Source: Gaiellaceae bacterium (GTDB lineage Bacteria; Actinomycetota; Thermoleophilia; Gaiellales; Gaiellaceae). From it: a stretch of DNA of 64,000 bases. Of the stretch, positions 9,661-18,968 are shown one piece after another; positions within the stretch are counted from its first letter, which is position 1, and the number at the start of each line of letters is the position of its first letter. Below the pieces are notes generated by a model. It did not search any database and was not told the origin of the DNA. It saw only the letters and a program-made list of their open reading frames with translations. The stretch lies in the NCBI GenBank assembly GCA_035653275.1, contig DASRCE010000002.1, forward strand, positions 13,267 through 77,266, given 5' to 3'. The translations under genes were made by a program, and so were the position numbers.

Positions 9661-11490
9661 GTGTGCGGGATCATCGGGTACGTCGGGGACCGGCCGTCCA
9701 AGCCGCTTCTCCTGCAGGGCCTGAGGCGGCTCGAGTACCGCGGGTACGACTCGGCGGGGATCGCGCTGCTCGAGGACGACGGGCTGCGCTACACGCGCGC
9801 CGTCGGCCCGCTCGACAACCTCGTCGCGGCCGCCGGCCCCGACGGATCCACCGCGACCACCGGCCTCGGCCACACGCGCTGGGCGACGCACGGCGCCGTC
9901 ACAGAGGAGAACGCGCATCCGCTCACCGCCTGCGACGCAGGCAAGCTCGCCATCGTCCTCAACGGGATCGTCGAGAACTACCGGGAGCTCCGCGAGGAGC
10001 TCCTCGCGAGCGGGCACTCCTTCACCTCCGAGACCGACGCCGAGACGATCGTGCACCTGCTCGAGGAGGCGTACGACGGCGACCTCGTGAGCGCCGTGCG
10101 CGACGTGTTCCCCCGGCTCGAGGGCCACTTCACCTTCGTCGTCATCCACTGCGACCACCCGGGCCACCTCGTCGGCGTGCGCCACCAGACGCCGATGGTC
10201 GTCGGCCTCGGCGACGGCGAGAACTTCCTCGCCTCGAACCTGGCGGCGTTCCTCGCGGAGACGCGCCGCGTGCAGTTCCCGAACGACGGCGAGATCGTCT
10301 CGATCACGCCGGACGGCGTCGAGATCGTCGACGTGCAGACGGGCGAGCACGTGGAGCACGACGTCGTCGAGATCGACTGGGACGACGACGCGGCCGAGCG
10401 GTCCGGCTACGAGACGTTCATGCTGAAGGAGATCTACGAGCAGCCGGAAGGCGTCGCGGAGACGATCGGCGACCGCGTTCGCCACGGCCACCTCGTGCTC
10501 GACGGCCTCGGCATGACCGAGGAGGAGCTGAGAGACCTGCGGCGGATCGTGATCGTCGCGTGCGGCACCTCCTACCACGCCGGCGTCGTCGGCCGCTACG
10601 CGATCGAGGAATGGGGGCGCGTGCCCGTCGAGCCGGACGTCGCGAGCGAGTGGATCTACCGCAACCCGGTCATCGACCCGGGCACGCTCGTGATCGGCAT
10701 CTCGCAGTCGGGAGAGACGCGGGACACGATCCAGGCGATGAAGCTCGCGCGCGAGCGCGGTGCGCGCACGGTCGCGATCACGAACATGATGGGTTCGCAG
10801 ATCACGCGCGAGGTCGACTCCGTCCTGTTCACGCGCACCGGGCTGGAGGTCGGCGTCGCCGCTTCGAAGACGTTCACCGCCCAGGCGGCGCTGCTGTTCC
10901 TGATCGGGCTCAAGCTCGCGCAGTGCCGCGGGACGCTGCCGCCGGAGGAGATCGAGTTCATCCTCGACGAGGTCTACGACCTGCCGGAGAAGATGCAGCG
11001 GTTCCTCGACGGCGACCACCCGATCGACGAGATCGCGCAGCGGTTTCACGACCGTCCGTTCTTCCTCTACCTCGGCCGCCACATCGGGCTCCCGGTCGCG
11101 CTCGAGGGCGCGCTGAAGCTGAAGGAGATCTCGTACATCCCCACGGAGGCGTACTCCGCCGGCGAGATGAAGCACGGCCCGATCGCGCTGCTCGAGGAGG
11201 GGACGCCGGTCGTCGTGGTCGCGACGCGGATCCACGTCTACGACAAGATCGTGTCGAACATCCAGGAGACTCGTGCGCGCGGCGCGCACGTGATCGCGAT
11301 CGCCACGGACGGCAACGAGGACATCCAGCACCACGCCGACGACGTGATCTACGTGCCGAAGTCGCCGGCGTTCATCCAGGCCGCGCTCGCGATCCTGCCG
11401 CTGCAGCTGCTCGCCTACCGCATCGCGCGTCTACGCGGCCTGAACGTCGATCAGCCGCGCAACCTGGCGAAGACCGTCACGGTCGAGTAG
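9661..11490 (+). CDS. glmS: Glutamine--fructose-6-phosphate aminotransferase
   Basis: MCGIIGYVG N-terminal nucleophile, two SIS domains, and a C-terminal KTVTVE. Confidence 0.97.
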   Translation: MCGIIGYVGDRPSKPLLLQGLRRLEYRGYDSAGIALLEDDGLRYTRAVGPLDNLVAAAGPDGSTATTGLGHTRWATHGAVTEENAHPLTACDAGKLAIVLNGIVENYRELREELLASGHSFTSETDAETIVHLLEEAYDGDLVSAVRDVFPRLEGHFTFVVIHCDHPGHLVGVRHQTPMVVGLGDGENFLASNLAAFLAETRRVQFPNDGEIVSITPDGVEIVDVQTGEHVEHDVVEIDWDDDAAERSGYETFMLKEIYEQPEGVAETIGDRVRHGHLVLDGLGMTEEELRDLRRIVIVACGTSYHAGVVGRYAIEEWGRVPVEPDVASEWIYRNPVIDPGTLVIGISQSGETRDTIQAMKLARERGARTVAITNMMGSQITREVDSVLFTRTGLEVGVAASKTFTAQAALLFLIGLKLAQCRGTLPPEEIEFILDEVYDLPEKMQRFLDGDHPIDEIAQRFHDRPFFLYLGRHIGLPVALEGALKLKEISYIPTEAYSAGEMKHGPIALLEEGTPVVVVATRIHVYDKIVSNIQETRARGAHVIAIATDGNEDIQHHADDVIYVPKSPAFIQAALAILPLQLLAYRIARLRGLNVDQPRNLAKTVTVE

Positions 11491-11524
11491 CTGCGGCGTC
11501 CAACGCGGCCGGGTGACACAAGGT

Positions 11525-12436
11525 CTACCGCCGTGTGGCCGCCACCGCCGTTTCTACGAAGGCGCGGGCCGCCGGCGAGTGGTAGCGGTCGCGGTGGCGC
11601 GCGATCGCGATCACGCGGGGCGGCACCTCGTCGCCGAGCTCGCGTACGACGACCCGCGGGTCCGCCTCGTCCACCGTCAGCCGGGGCAGGATCGCGTTCC
11701 CGATCCCCGCTGCGACGAGGCCCTGCACGGTCGGGTTGTCGTCCGTCCGGAACGCGAACCGCGGCTCGACCCCGGCGCCGCGCAGCGCGGCCTCGACCGG
11801 CTCGAGCGACCGGTCGCTCCGGAACCCGATCAGCGGCTGCGTGCCGATCTCCGCGAGCGACGGAAGGCGGCCCGCTGTTGCGAACGGTGACTCCGCGGCG
11901 ACCACGAGCACGTACGGGTCGCGCAGGAGCTCGTTCGTCTCGAGCGGCGCGGCGTCCACGGGGAGCAGCACGAAGCCGACGTCGAACTCACCACGCTCGA
12001 GCGCGCGCTCGACGTCCTCGTCGTCGAGCTCTCCCAGCACGAGGTCGATGGCCGGCCACGTCGAGCTGAACCTGCGCATCACCTCGGGCAGGACGCGCGC
12101 CCCGACCGACTGGAAGGTGCCGACGCGGAGGGTGCCGGCCTCGCCTGACCGCAGGGCGTGCAGGTCGGCCTGCGCCGCCTGGAGCCGCGACATGATCGAC
12201 TCGGCGTGGCGGAGGAGCAGCCGGCCCGCTTCCGTGAGCGACACCGGCCGGGGGCCGCCCGGCCGCTCCACGAGCCGCTCCCCGACGATCCGCTCCAGCG
12301 TCGCGATCTGCTGGCTCACGGCCGACTGCGTGTACCCGAGCCGCGCCGCCGCGCGGCCGAAGGAGCCCTCGGCGGCGAGCGCCTGCAGGGCGGCGAAGTG
12401 CCGCAGCTCGACTCCCAGCCATTCATCACGCTTCAT
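11525..12436 (-). CDS. LysR family transcriptional regulator
   Basis: HTH LRHFAALQALAAEGSFGRAAARLGYTQSAVSQQIATLE. Start taken at MKRDEW (12436); the 5' extension in the ORF track runs through an AT-rich promoter-like stretch. Confidence 0.85.
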   Translation of the reverse strand: MKRDEWLGVELRHFAALQALAAEGSFGRAAARLGYTQSAVSQQIATLERIVGERLVERPGGPRPVSLTEAGRLLLRHAESIMSRLQAAQADLHALRSGEAGTLRVGTFQSVGARVLPEVMRRFSSTWPAIDLVLGELDDEDVERALERGEFDVGFVLLPVDAAPLETNELLRDPYVLVVAAESPFATAGRLPSLAEIGTQPLIGFRSDRSLEPVEAALRGAGVEPRFAFRTDDNPTVQGLVAAGIGNAILPRLTVDEADPRVVVRELGDEVPPRVIAIARHRDRYHSPAARAFVETAVAATRR

Positions 12437-12496
12437 GATCAACATCAACATTATCTCCATTTGTGCTGATAGTCCCTGCTCAGGCACGCTTGGCTC

Positions 12497-12598
12497 ATGG
12501 CCGGAATCGCCATCCTCGTCGGCTTCGTCGCCGTCTGCGTCCTCGCCGCGTGCTTCGGCAAGGACTCTCGCTTCGACCGTCCCGGTCGGCAGCTCTAG
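12497..12598 (+). CDS. Candidate 33-aa small lipoprotein or membrane peptide (MAGIAILVGFVAVCVLAACFGKDSRFDRPGRQL)
   Basis: Not in the ORF track because it is too short. Third codon positions are strongly G/C, there is a hydrophobic helix, and LAAC is lipobox-like. It lies between the LysR gene and the permease. No clear SD. Confidence 0.3.
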   Translation: MAGIAILVGFVAVCVLAACFGKDSRFDRPGRQL

Positions 12599-12620
12599 AC
12601 ACACCTGCTACTCAGGTCCC

Positions 12621-13880
12621 ATGTGGATCTGGGACGGGCTCGCGAACGCGCTCCGCATGGCGTGGGAGGTGTGGTGGGCGCTCGTGCTCGGCTTCGCGCT
12701 TTCCGGCGTCGTCCAGGCGTGGGTGCCGCGGGAGCGTCTGCGGGCGGCGCTCGGCGGGCGCGGCGTCCGCGAAGCGGCGCTCGCGACCGGGCTCGGCGCC
12801 GCTTCGTCGTCGTGCTCGTACGCCGCGATCGCGATCGCGAAGTCGCTGTTCGAGAAGGGCGCCAGCCTCGCGTCCGCGATGGCGTTCCAGTTCGCGTCGA
12901 CGAACCTCGTGTTCGAGCTCGGGATCGTGCTCTGGCTCTTCGTCGGGTGGCGGTTCACGCTCGCCGAGTTCGTGGGCGGCCTCCTGTTGATCGCGGCGAT
13001 GTGGCTCGCGCTGCACCTGCTCGTTTCGCGCGAGCGCGAGGAGCAGGTGCGCGTGTTGGCGGCCGAGGCCGACACGGGTCACGTCCATCCGACGGCGGCG
13101 TCCGATCTCCCGCTCCGGCGCAAGCTCGTGTCGCTGCAGGCGTGGTCGGACGTCGCCCACAACTTCCGCGGCGACTGGCAGATGCTCTGGAAGGAGATCG
13201 GCGCGGGCTTCCTGATCGCCGGCTACGTCTCGCTGCTCCCGCGCGGCTTCTTCAACGGGCTCTTCGTGACGCACGCGGCGAGCCCGCTCAGGCTCCTCGA
13301 GAACGTCGTCGTCGGCCCCGTCGTCGCGGCACTCGCCTTCGTCTGCTCGATCGGGAACGTGCCGCTCGCGGCCGTCCTCTGGGCCGGCGGCATCTCCTTC
13401 TCGGGCGTGATCGCGTTCCTGTTCGCCGACCTGCTGATCCCGCCGATCGTCGCGTACTACCGCAAGGTGTACGGCGGCCGGTTCGCGGCGCTGCTCGTCG
13501 CGGTGATGTTCGGCGCGACCGTTGCCGCGGCGCTTGCGGTCGACGGCCTGTTCTCGCTCGCCGGCCTCGTCCCGTCGCACCGGCCCGCGATCGCGTCGAT
13601 CGCGGATCGCCCCGTGACGTGGAACTACACGTCGATCCTCGACATCCTCTTCGCGCTCGTGTTCGTGGCGCTGATCGCCCTGACGGTGAGGCGCGGCGCG
13701 CGCGACCCCGTCTGCGGGATGACCGTGGACCGGCACGCCGGGAAGCCGACGTCGGTCTACGCCGGCCGGAAGTGGTTCTTCTGCGGCCAGGGTTGCAAGA
13801 AGCGCTTCGACGCCGACCCGGCGGCGTTCAGCTCGCGCTCGCGCGCCGCTGCCAGCGCTCCGCCCACGTCTCACGGGTGA
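12621..13880 (+). CDS. Permease (ArsP/DUF318-like) fused to a C-terminal YHS/TRASH metal-binding domain
   Basis: Multi-pass membrane region with SSSCSYAAIA; C-terminal DPVCGMTVD...FFCGQGCKKRFDADP. Confidence 0.8.
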   Translation: MWIWDGLANALRMAWEVWWALVLGFALSGVVQAWVPRERLRAALGGRGVREAALATGLGAASSSCSYAAIAIAKSLFEKGASLASAMAFQFASTNLVFELGIVLWLFVGWRFTLAEFVGGLLLIAAMWLALHLLVSREREEQVRVLAAEADTGHVHPTAASDLPLRRKLVSLQAWSDVAHNFRGDWQMLWKEIGAGFLIAGYVSLLPRGFFNGLFVTHAASPLRLLENVVVGPVVAALAFVCSIGNVPLAAVLWAGGISFSGVIAFLFADLLIPPIVAYYRKVYGGRFAALLVAVMFGATVAAALAVDGLFSLAGLVPSHRPAIASIADRPVTWNYTSILDILFALVFVALIALTVRRGARDPVCGMTVDRHAGKPTSVYAGRKWFFCGQGCKKRFDADPAAFSSRSRAAASAPPTSHG

Positions 13881-14376
13881 GACCCGAGACGATCGCGCGG
13901 CGGACGAGCCGGCCGCCGCGGTCGCGGCCGAGGAGATGGACGCGGAGCGGCGTGTCGCCCAGCGGAAGCTCGAGCGACGTGGCATCGGCGGGGAGCTCCG
14001 CCGTCTCGCGCACCTCGTAGTCGCTGCGCGGGTCGGGCCGCTCGCTGATCCGGGCCTCCCAGGCCGCGACCTTCGGCTCGCGCGTCCACGCCAGCGCGGT
14101 GCCTTCGCCGCGGCGGACGTCCATGTTGCCGGTGACGGTCGGCCGCGTTTTCAGGAGCGGCCGCCGCGACGCGACACGCGCCGCCGGCGCGGGACGTGCG
14201 GGTGCGACCGCGGCCCGCGCGCGGTGCACCGCGCCGATGCGCTCGAGCCGCCGCAGCGCGTCGCGCTGGTCGCCGCCGAGGGCGCGGATGCGGTCGCGCA
14301 GCTCCTTCCAGTCGGGCGACCCGCCGGCCGCCACCAGGGCGCGTGCCTCGTCGATGATCGCGTCTGCGACGCTCAC
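13828..14376 (-). CDS. Hypothetical protein, translationally coupled to arfB
   Basis: GTG at 14376 overlaps the arfB stop (GTGA). 182 aa with high GC3 and no family recognised. Confidence 0.5.
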   Translation of the reverse strand: MSVADAIIDEARALVAAGGSPDWKELRDRIRALGGDQRDALRRLERIGAVHRARAAVAPARPAPAARVASRRPLLKTRPTVTGNMDVRRGEGTALAWTREPKVAAWEARISERPDPRSDYEVRETAELPADATSLELPLGDTPLRVHLLGRDRGGRLVRRAIVSGLTRETWAERWQRRASAS

Positions 14377-14756
14377 TCTTCCACCGTACGCCGCAGCCGC
14401 TTCGTCTCGCCGCGCCGCCGCTTCTCCTCGAGACGCTGCTCCCGGGCGGCCGCGGGCGGCCTCGTCCGCTTGCGCTTGCGCGGCACGCGGACGGCGGCGC
14501 GCAGCTGCTCGACGATCCGGTCCGCTGCGAGCTCGCGGTTCCGGAGCTGCGACCGCTCGTCCTGCGCGACCGCGCGCACGACGGGCCCGAGCTTCGCGAG
14601 CACGCGCGCACGCTCTGCGTCCGACAGTCCTGCTGACTCGGCGACGTCGAACAATGCGTCCGCGCGCGTCGACGTCTTCTGCGCGTGCTGCCCGCCCGGG
14701 CCGCTCGAGCGCGAGAAGCGGAACGCGATCTCCGACCGAATAGACTCGACGTCCAT
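14373..14756 (-). CDS. arfB: Peptidyl-tRNA hydrolase ArfB (alternative ribosome-rescue factor, GGQ domain)
   Basis: SGPGGQHAQKTST GGQ motif plus a basic C-terminal tail KRKRTRPPAAAREQRLEEKRRRGETKRLRR. AGGAGA lies 9 nt upstream of the ATG. Confidence 0.85.
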   Translation of the reverse strand: MDVESIRSEIAFRFSRSSGPGGQHAQKTSTRADALFDVAESAGLSDAERARVLAKLGPVVRAVAQDERSQLRNRELAADRIVEQLRAAVRVPRKRKRTRPPAAAREQRLEEKRRRGETKRLRRTVEE

Positions 14757-15531
14757 GGCGGCCATTCTCCTGGACGTCGACGGCGTCCTGCACGTGTCCG
14801 GAACGCCCATCGCCGGAGCGGCCGCCGCCGTCCGCCGGCTGCGCGAGCAGGGGCATCGCCTGCGGTTCGTGACGAACTCGACGACCCGCTCGCGCGCGCA
14901 GCTCGCGGCCGACCTGCGGGGGATGGGAATCGAGCTCGACGAGAGCGAGCTGCAGACGACGGGCGTCGTCGCCGCGCGTGCGCTCGCCGGCCGCCGCGTG
15001 CTGGCGCTGGTGATGCCGGGTCTCCTCGACGACCTCGACGGCCTGCAGCTCGTAGGCATGAACGTCGACGCGGTTCTCATCGGAGGCGCCGACGAGGGCG
15101 AGGAGACGGGCCGCATCTTCTCCTACCTCAACCTCAACCGCGCCTTCCACGAGCTCGAAGCGGGCGCCGAGCTCTACTGCCTGCACAAGAACCGCTGGTG
15201 GCAGACGGCGGACGGCGCGCGGCTGGACGCGGGCGCGTTCGTCGCCGGCCTCGAATACGCCGCGGAGACGGAGGCGACGGTGCTGGGGAAGCCGTCCACC
15301 GCCTACTTCGAGGCCGCGCTGGCGGCGCTCGACGCCGACGCCGCGCTGGCGTGGATGGTCGGCGACGATCTCGAGGGCGACGCCGTCGGCGCGCACAAGC
15401 ACGGTATCCGGTCGATCCTCGTGCGGACGGGGAAGTTCAGGCCGGACGACGTCGAGCGCTCCTCCGTCCAGCCCGACGGGATCATCTCCTCGATCGCGCA
15501 GCTCCCGGACTGGCTCGAAGCGAACGCCTGA
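14755..15531 (+). CDS. HAD-superfamily hydrolase, subfamily IIA (NagD-like)
   Basis: MAAILLDVDGVLH (DxDG motif I), FVTNSTT, GKPS, and GDDLEGD motif IV. Confidence 0.85.
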   Translation: MAAILLDVDGVLHVSGTPIAGAAAAVRRLREQGHRLRFVTNSTTRSRAQLAADLRGMGIELDESELQTTGVVAARALAGRRVLALVMPGLLDDLDGLQLVGMNVDAVLIGGADEGEETGRIFSYLNLNRAFHELEAGAELYCLHKNRWWQTADGARLDAGAFVAGLEYAAETEATVLGKPSTAYFEAALAALDADAALAWMVGDDLEGDAVGAHKHGIRSILVRTGKFRPDDVERSSVQPDGIISSIAQLPDWLEANA

Positions 15532-15893
15532 TGCGCGTGGGGGTGGACCTGATCGAGATCGCGCGGATTCGCCGCGCCCTCGAGCGCCACGGCGACTCGT
15601 TCAAGGAGCGCTGCTTCACGGAGGCGGAGCGCGCGTACTGCGACGCGAAGCCGAACCCGCCGCAGCACTACGCGGGGCGCTTCGCGGCGAAGGAGGCCGT
15701 CGGGAAGGCGCTCGGCTCCGGCGTCTACTTCACCTGGAAGGAGATCGAGGTCCGCGGGCGTCCGAAGCCCGGCGTGTACCTGAGCGGCCGCACCGCGGCG
15801 TGGGCGCAGAGAGTCGGCGCGGCGTCGATCGAGCTCTCGATGACGCACTCGCGCGAGCTCGCCGCCGCGGTGGCGGTCGCGCTGCCCGCATGA
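15531..15893 (+). CDS. acpS: Holo-ACP synthase
   Basis: GVDLIEIARI, FAAKEAVGKALG; TGATG overlap with the HAD gene. Confidence 0.93.
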   Translation: MRVGVDLIEIARIRRALERHGDSFKERCFTEAERAYCDAKPNPPQHYAGRFAAKEAVGKALGSGVYFTWKEIEVRGRPKPGVYLSGRTAAWAQRVGAASIELSMTHSRELAAAVAVALPA

Positions 15894-17293
15894 GGCTCGA
15901 GCCGCTCCTCACGGCCGACGAGACGCGGCGGGCGGAGGAGGCGCACCAGGGGTCGCTGGGCGAGCTGATGGAGCGCGCCGGGACGGCTGTCGCCGATCTC
16001 GTCCTGCGCGAGTTCCCCGGCAGCGTCACCGTCGTGTGCGGCAAGGGCAACAACGGCGGCGACGGAAAGGTGTGCGCCCGCGTGCTGCGCGACGCGGGCC
16101 GCGAGGTGCGGGTCGTCGACGGGGTCGGCGACCTCGGCGCGCCCGACGTCGTCGTCGACGCACTCCTCGGCATCGGCCTGAGGGACGCGCCGCGCGAGGA
16201 CGTCGCGCGGATGATCGACCGCGTCAACGCGAGCGGCCGCCCGGTCGTCGCCGTCGACGTCCCGTCGGGCGTCAACGCGTCCACCGGTGAGGTACCCGGC
16301 GCCGCCGTCCGCGCCGTGTCGACGGTGACGTTCGGCGCCGCGAAGGTCGGCCTCGCCGTCGCGCCCGGGCGCTTCCACGCCGGGCGCGTCCACGTGGCGC
16401 CGATCGGGCTGCGGCCGCGCGAGCACGAGCACGCGCTCGTGCCGGCGTCGGTCCTGCTCGACGTGCCGAGCAAGACCGCGACGTCGACGAAGTACTCCGC
16501 CGGCTCCGTCCTCGTCGTCGGCGGCTCGCGCGGCCTCACCGGCGCGCCAATGCTCGCGGCGCTCGCTGCGTTCCGCGCCGACGCCGGGTACGTGGCGGTG
16601 GCGGCGCCGGAGTCGACGCTGCCGGTGCTCGAGTCGAGGCTGCTCGAGGCGGTCAAGCGGCCGCTGCCCGAGGACGCGGGCGGCCGGCTGCTGCCGCGCG
16701 CCGCCGACGCGATCGTCGAAGCGGCGGAGCGGGCGGACGCGGTCGCGCTGGGGCCCGGCCTCGGACGGAGCGAGGGGACGGTCGAGCTCGTGCGGATCGT
16801 GCTCGAGCGCGTCGGCCTGCCGGTCGTGCTCGACGCCGACGCGCTCTGGCAGCTCGCCCCGTTCTCGCGCGCGGCCCCGACCGTGCTGACTCCGCACAGC
16901 GGCGAGCTCGCGCGCCTGCTCGGGACGGAGGCACGCGAGGTCGACGCGCACCGGCTCGACACCGTGCGGCGGGCAGCGTCGCGCTACGGCGCGGTCGTGT
17001 TGCTGAAGGGCGCCGACACGCTCGTGGCGGCACCCCGCGAAGGCGTCCTCGTCGCCGCCTACGGGACGCCGGCGCTCGCGACCGCCGGCTCGGGCGACGT
17101 CCTCACCGGCATCCTCGCCGCGTTCCTGGCGAAGGGCATGGACGCTCGGCTCGCAGCGGCGGCCGCGGCGGTCGCGCACGGCGTCGCCGCGGAGCTCCTC
17201 GAGCCGCAACGCGGCGTGGTGGCGTCCGACCTGCTGCCGGCGCTGCAGCGCGCGCTCGCAGGGCACGGTCTCCAGCGCGCACCCCTTCAGTGA
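15890..17293 (+). CDS. nnr: Bifunctional NAD(P)H-hydrate repair enzyme (epimerase/dehydratase)
   Basis: The YjeF_N motif GKGNNGGDG and the C-terminal carbohydrate-kinase motif GSGDVLTG are both present. ATGA overlap with acpS. Confidence 0.92.
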   Translation: MRLEPLLTADETRRAEEAHQGSLGELMERAGTAVADLVLREFPGSVTVVCGKGNNGGDGKVCARVLRDAGREVRVVDGVGDLGAPDVVVDALLGIGLRDAPREDVARMIDRVNASGRPVVAVDVPSGVNASTGEVPGAAVRAVSTVTFGAAKVGLAVAPGRFHAGRVHVAPIGLRPREHEHALVPASVLLDVPSKTATSTKYSAGSVLVVGGSRGLTGAPMLAALAAFRADAGYVAVAAPESTLPVLESRLLEAVKRPLPEDAGGRLLPRAADAIVEAAERADAVALGPGLGRSEGTVELVRIVLERVGLPVVLDADALWQLAPFSRAAPTVLTPHSGELARLLGTEAREVDAHRLDTVRRAASRYGAVVLLKGADTLVAAPREGVLVAAYGTPALATAGSGDVLTGILAAFLAKGMDARLAAAAAAVAHGVAAELLEPQRGVVASDLLPALQRALAGHGLQRAPLQ

Positions 17294-18306
17294 GATCGGA
17301 CGTCCGGATCGACCTCGGCGCGCTGCGGCGCAACGCGCGGACGCTCCTCCGCGCGCTCGACGGCGCCGAGCTGTGGGCGGTGGTCAAGGCCGACGCGTAC
17401 GGCCACGGCGCGGCCGACTGCGCGGCGGCGGCCCTCGATGCCGGTGCTGCGGCGGTCTGCGTCGCGACGGTCGACGAGGCGCTCGCCCTTCGCGCGCGCG
17501 TGCCGGCCGCGCGCCTCGTCGTGCTCGGCCCGGCCGCCGACGAGGAGATCGCCGCCGCGCGCGCGGCGCGCCTCGAGCTCGTCGTCTCCGGCGGTGCGAT
17601 CCCGGAGGACGTCCCGGTGCACCTGAAGCTAGACACCGGCATGGGACGCTGGGGCACGTCGGAGCTGCCGTCGCCGGCACGCAAGGTCGTCGGCGTGATG
17701 ACGCACCTCGCGACCGCCGACAGCGACCCCGCGTTCGCGCGCGCCCAGCTGCAGCGGTTCCGGGAGGCGACCGACCACCTCGCGCACCTCCTGCGCCACG
17801 CCGCGAACAGCGCCGCCGCGCTGCGGCTGCCCGAGTCGCGCCTCGACGCGGCACGCTGCGGGATCGCGCTCTACGGCCTCTCGCCGTTCGGGACCGACCC
17901 TGCGGAGGACGGCCTCGAGCCGGTGCTCGCGTGGCACAGCGAGCTCGCGCTCTGCAAGCGCCTGCGGCCCGGCGACTCGACGGGGTACGGCCGTCGCTTC
18001 GTCGCAAGGGATGAGACGTGGGTCGGCATCGTCCCGGTCGGCTACGCCGACGGCTTTCGCCGCGACCTCACCGGAACGCACGTCCTCGTCGAGGGAGAGC
18101 GGCGGCGCGTCGTGGGAACGGTCTCGATGGACTCGTTCGCGGTCGAGCTCGACCGCGAGCGGCCCGCGGGAACGGCCGTGACGATCGTCGGCGGGGGGCT
18201 GCTGCTGGAGGAGCACGCGCGCGCCGCCGGCACGATCACCTACGAGCTCGCATCGCGCATCGAGACGAGCCCGGAGCGCGCGCGCAGGGTGGTGGTCGAG
18301 ACGTGA
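17290..18306 (+). CDS. alr: Alanine racemase
   Basis: VVKADAYGHG PLP-lysine motif; GTGA overlap with nnr. Confidence 0.95.
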   Translation: MRSDVRIDLGALRRNARTLLRALDGAELWAVVKADAYGHGAADCAAAALDAGAAAVCVATVDEALALRARVPAARLVVLGPAADEEIAAARAARLELVVSGGAIPEDVPVHLKLDTGMGRWGTSELPSPARKVVGVMTHLATADSDPAFARAQLQRFREATDHLAHLLRHAANSAAALRLPESRLDAARCGIALYGLSPFGTDPAEDGLEPVLAWHSELALCKRLRPGDSTGYGRRFVARDETWVGIVPVGYADGFRRDLTGTHVLVEGERRRVVGTVSMDSFAVELDRERPAGTAVTIVGGGLLLEEHARAAGTITYELASRIETSPERARRVVVET

Positions 18307-18968
18307 CCCACGCCGACCGCCGCGCCGCGCTGCAGGCGGCGCGCGCCGCCGGGCTGCAGGCGCTGCTCGAGGACGTGCTGCCGCTCCGCGGCGACGAGCG
18401 CGTGCTCGACGTCGGTGCGGGCGTCGGCGCCTTCGGGTTCGCCGTCGCGCCGCGCGTCGCCGAGGTGGTGGCGGTCGAGCGCGACGAGGAGCTCGCCGCG
18501 CCGGCCCGCGCTGACGCGCCGGCGAACGTCAAGGTCGTCGTCGGCGACGGCGAGCACCTCGACCTCGAGCCGTTCTCGTTCGACGTCGCCGCCTGCGTGC
18601 GTGTGCTCCACCACACGCCGCGCCCGGAGCTGATGGTCGCGGGGCTCGTGCGGATGACACGGCCGGGCGGCACGATCGTGGTCGCCGACCAGCTCGCGCC
18701 GGTCGACCCCCTCGCGGCGTTCGAGCTCAACCGCTTCGAGCGCGCACGCGACCCGTCGACGACGCGGGTCCTGTCCGACGGCGACCTGCGCGGCCTGTTC
18801 GACGCGAACGGCCTCGTCCTGCGCCAACAGCGGGTGGTGCGCGAACCACGCGACCTCGAGTCGTACCTCGACCTCGCCGGCTGCGAGGGCCCGGAGCGCG
18901 AGCGCGCACGTGCGCTCGTCCCTAGGGGCTACGAAGGCGTCGTCGGCTGGTACGTCCTCTCGCGCTAG
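18303..18968 (+). CDS. Class I SAM-dependent methyltransferase
   Basis: VLDVGAGVGAFG motif I; GTGA overlap with alr. Confidence 0.8.
   Translation: MTHADRRAALQAARAAGLQALLEDVLPLRGDERVLDVGAGVGAFGFAVAPRVAEVVAVERDEELAAPARADAPANVKVVVGDGEHLDLEPFSFDVAACVRVLHHTPRPELMVAGLVRMTRPGGTIVVADQLAPVDPLAAFELNRFERARDPSTTRVLSDGDLRGLFDANGLVLRQQRVVREPRDLESYLDLAGCEGPERERARALVPRGYEGVVGWYVLSR

Noticed and set aside
12437-12604. 56-codon N-terminal extension of the LysR ORF.
   Set aside because: The extension is acidic low-complexity sequence running through the AT-rich divergent promoter region. The HTH begins about 10 residues after MKRDEW, as in typical LysR proteins.
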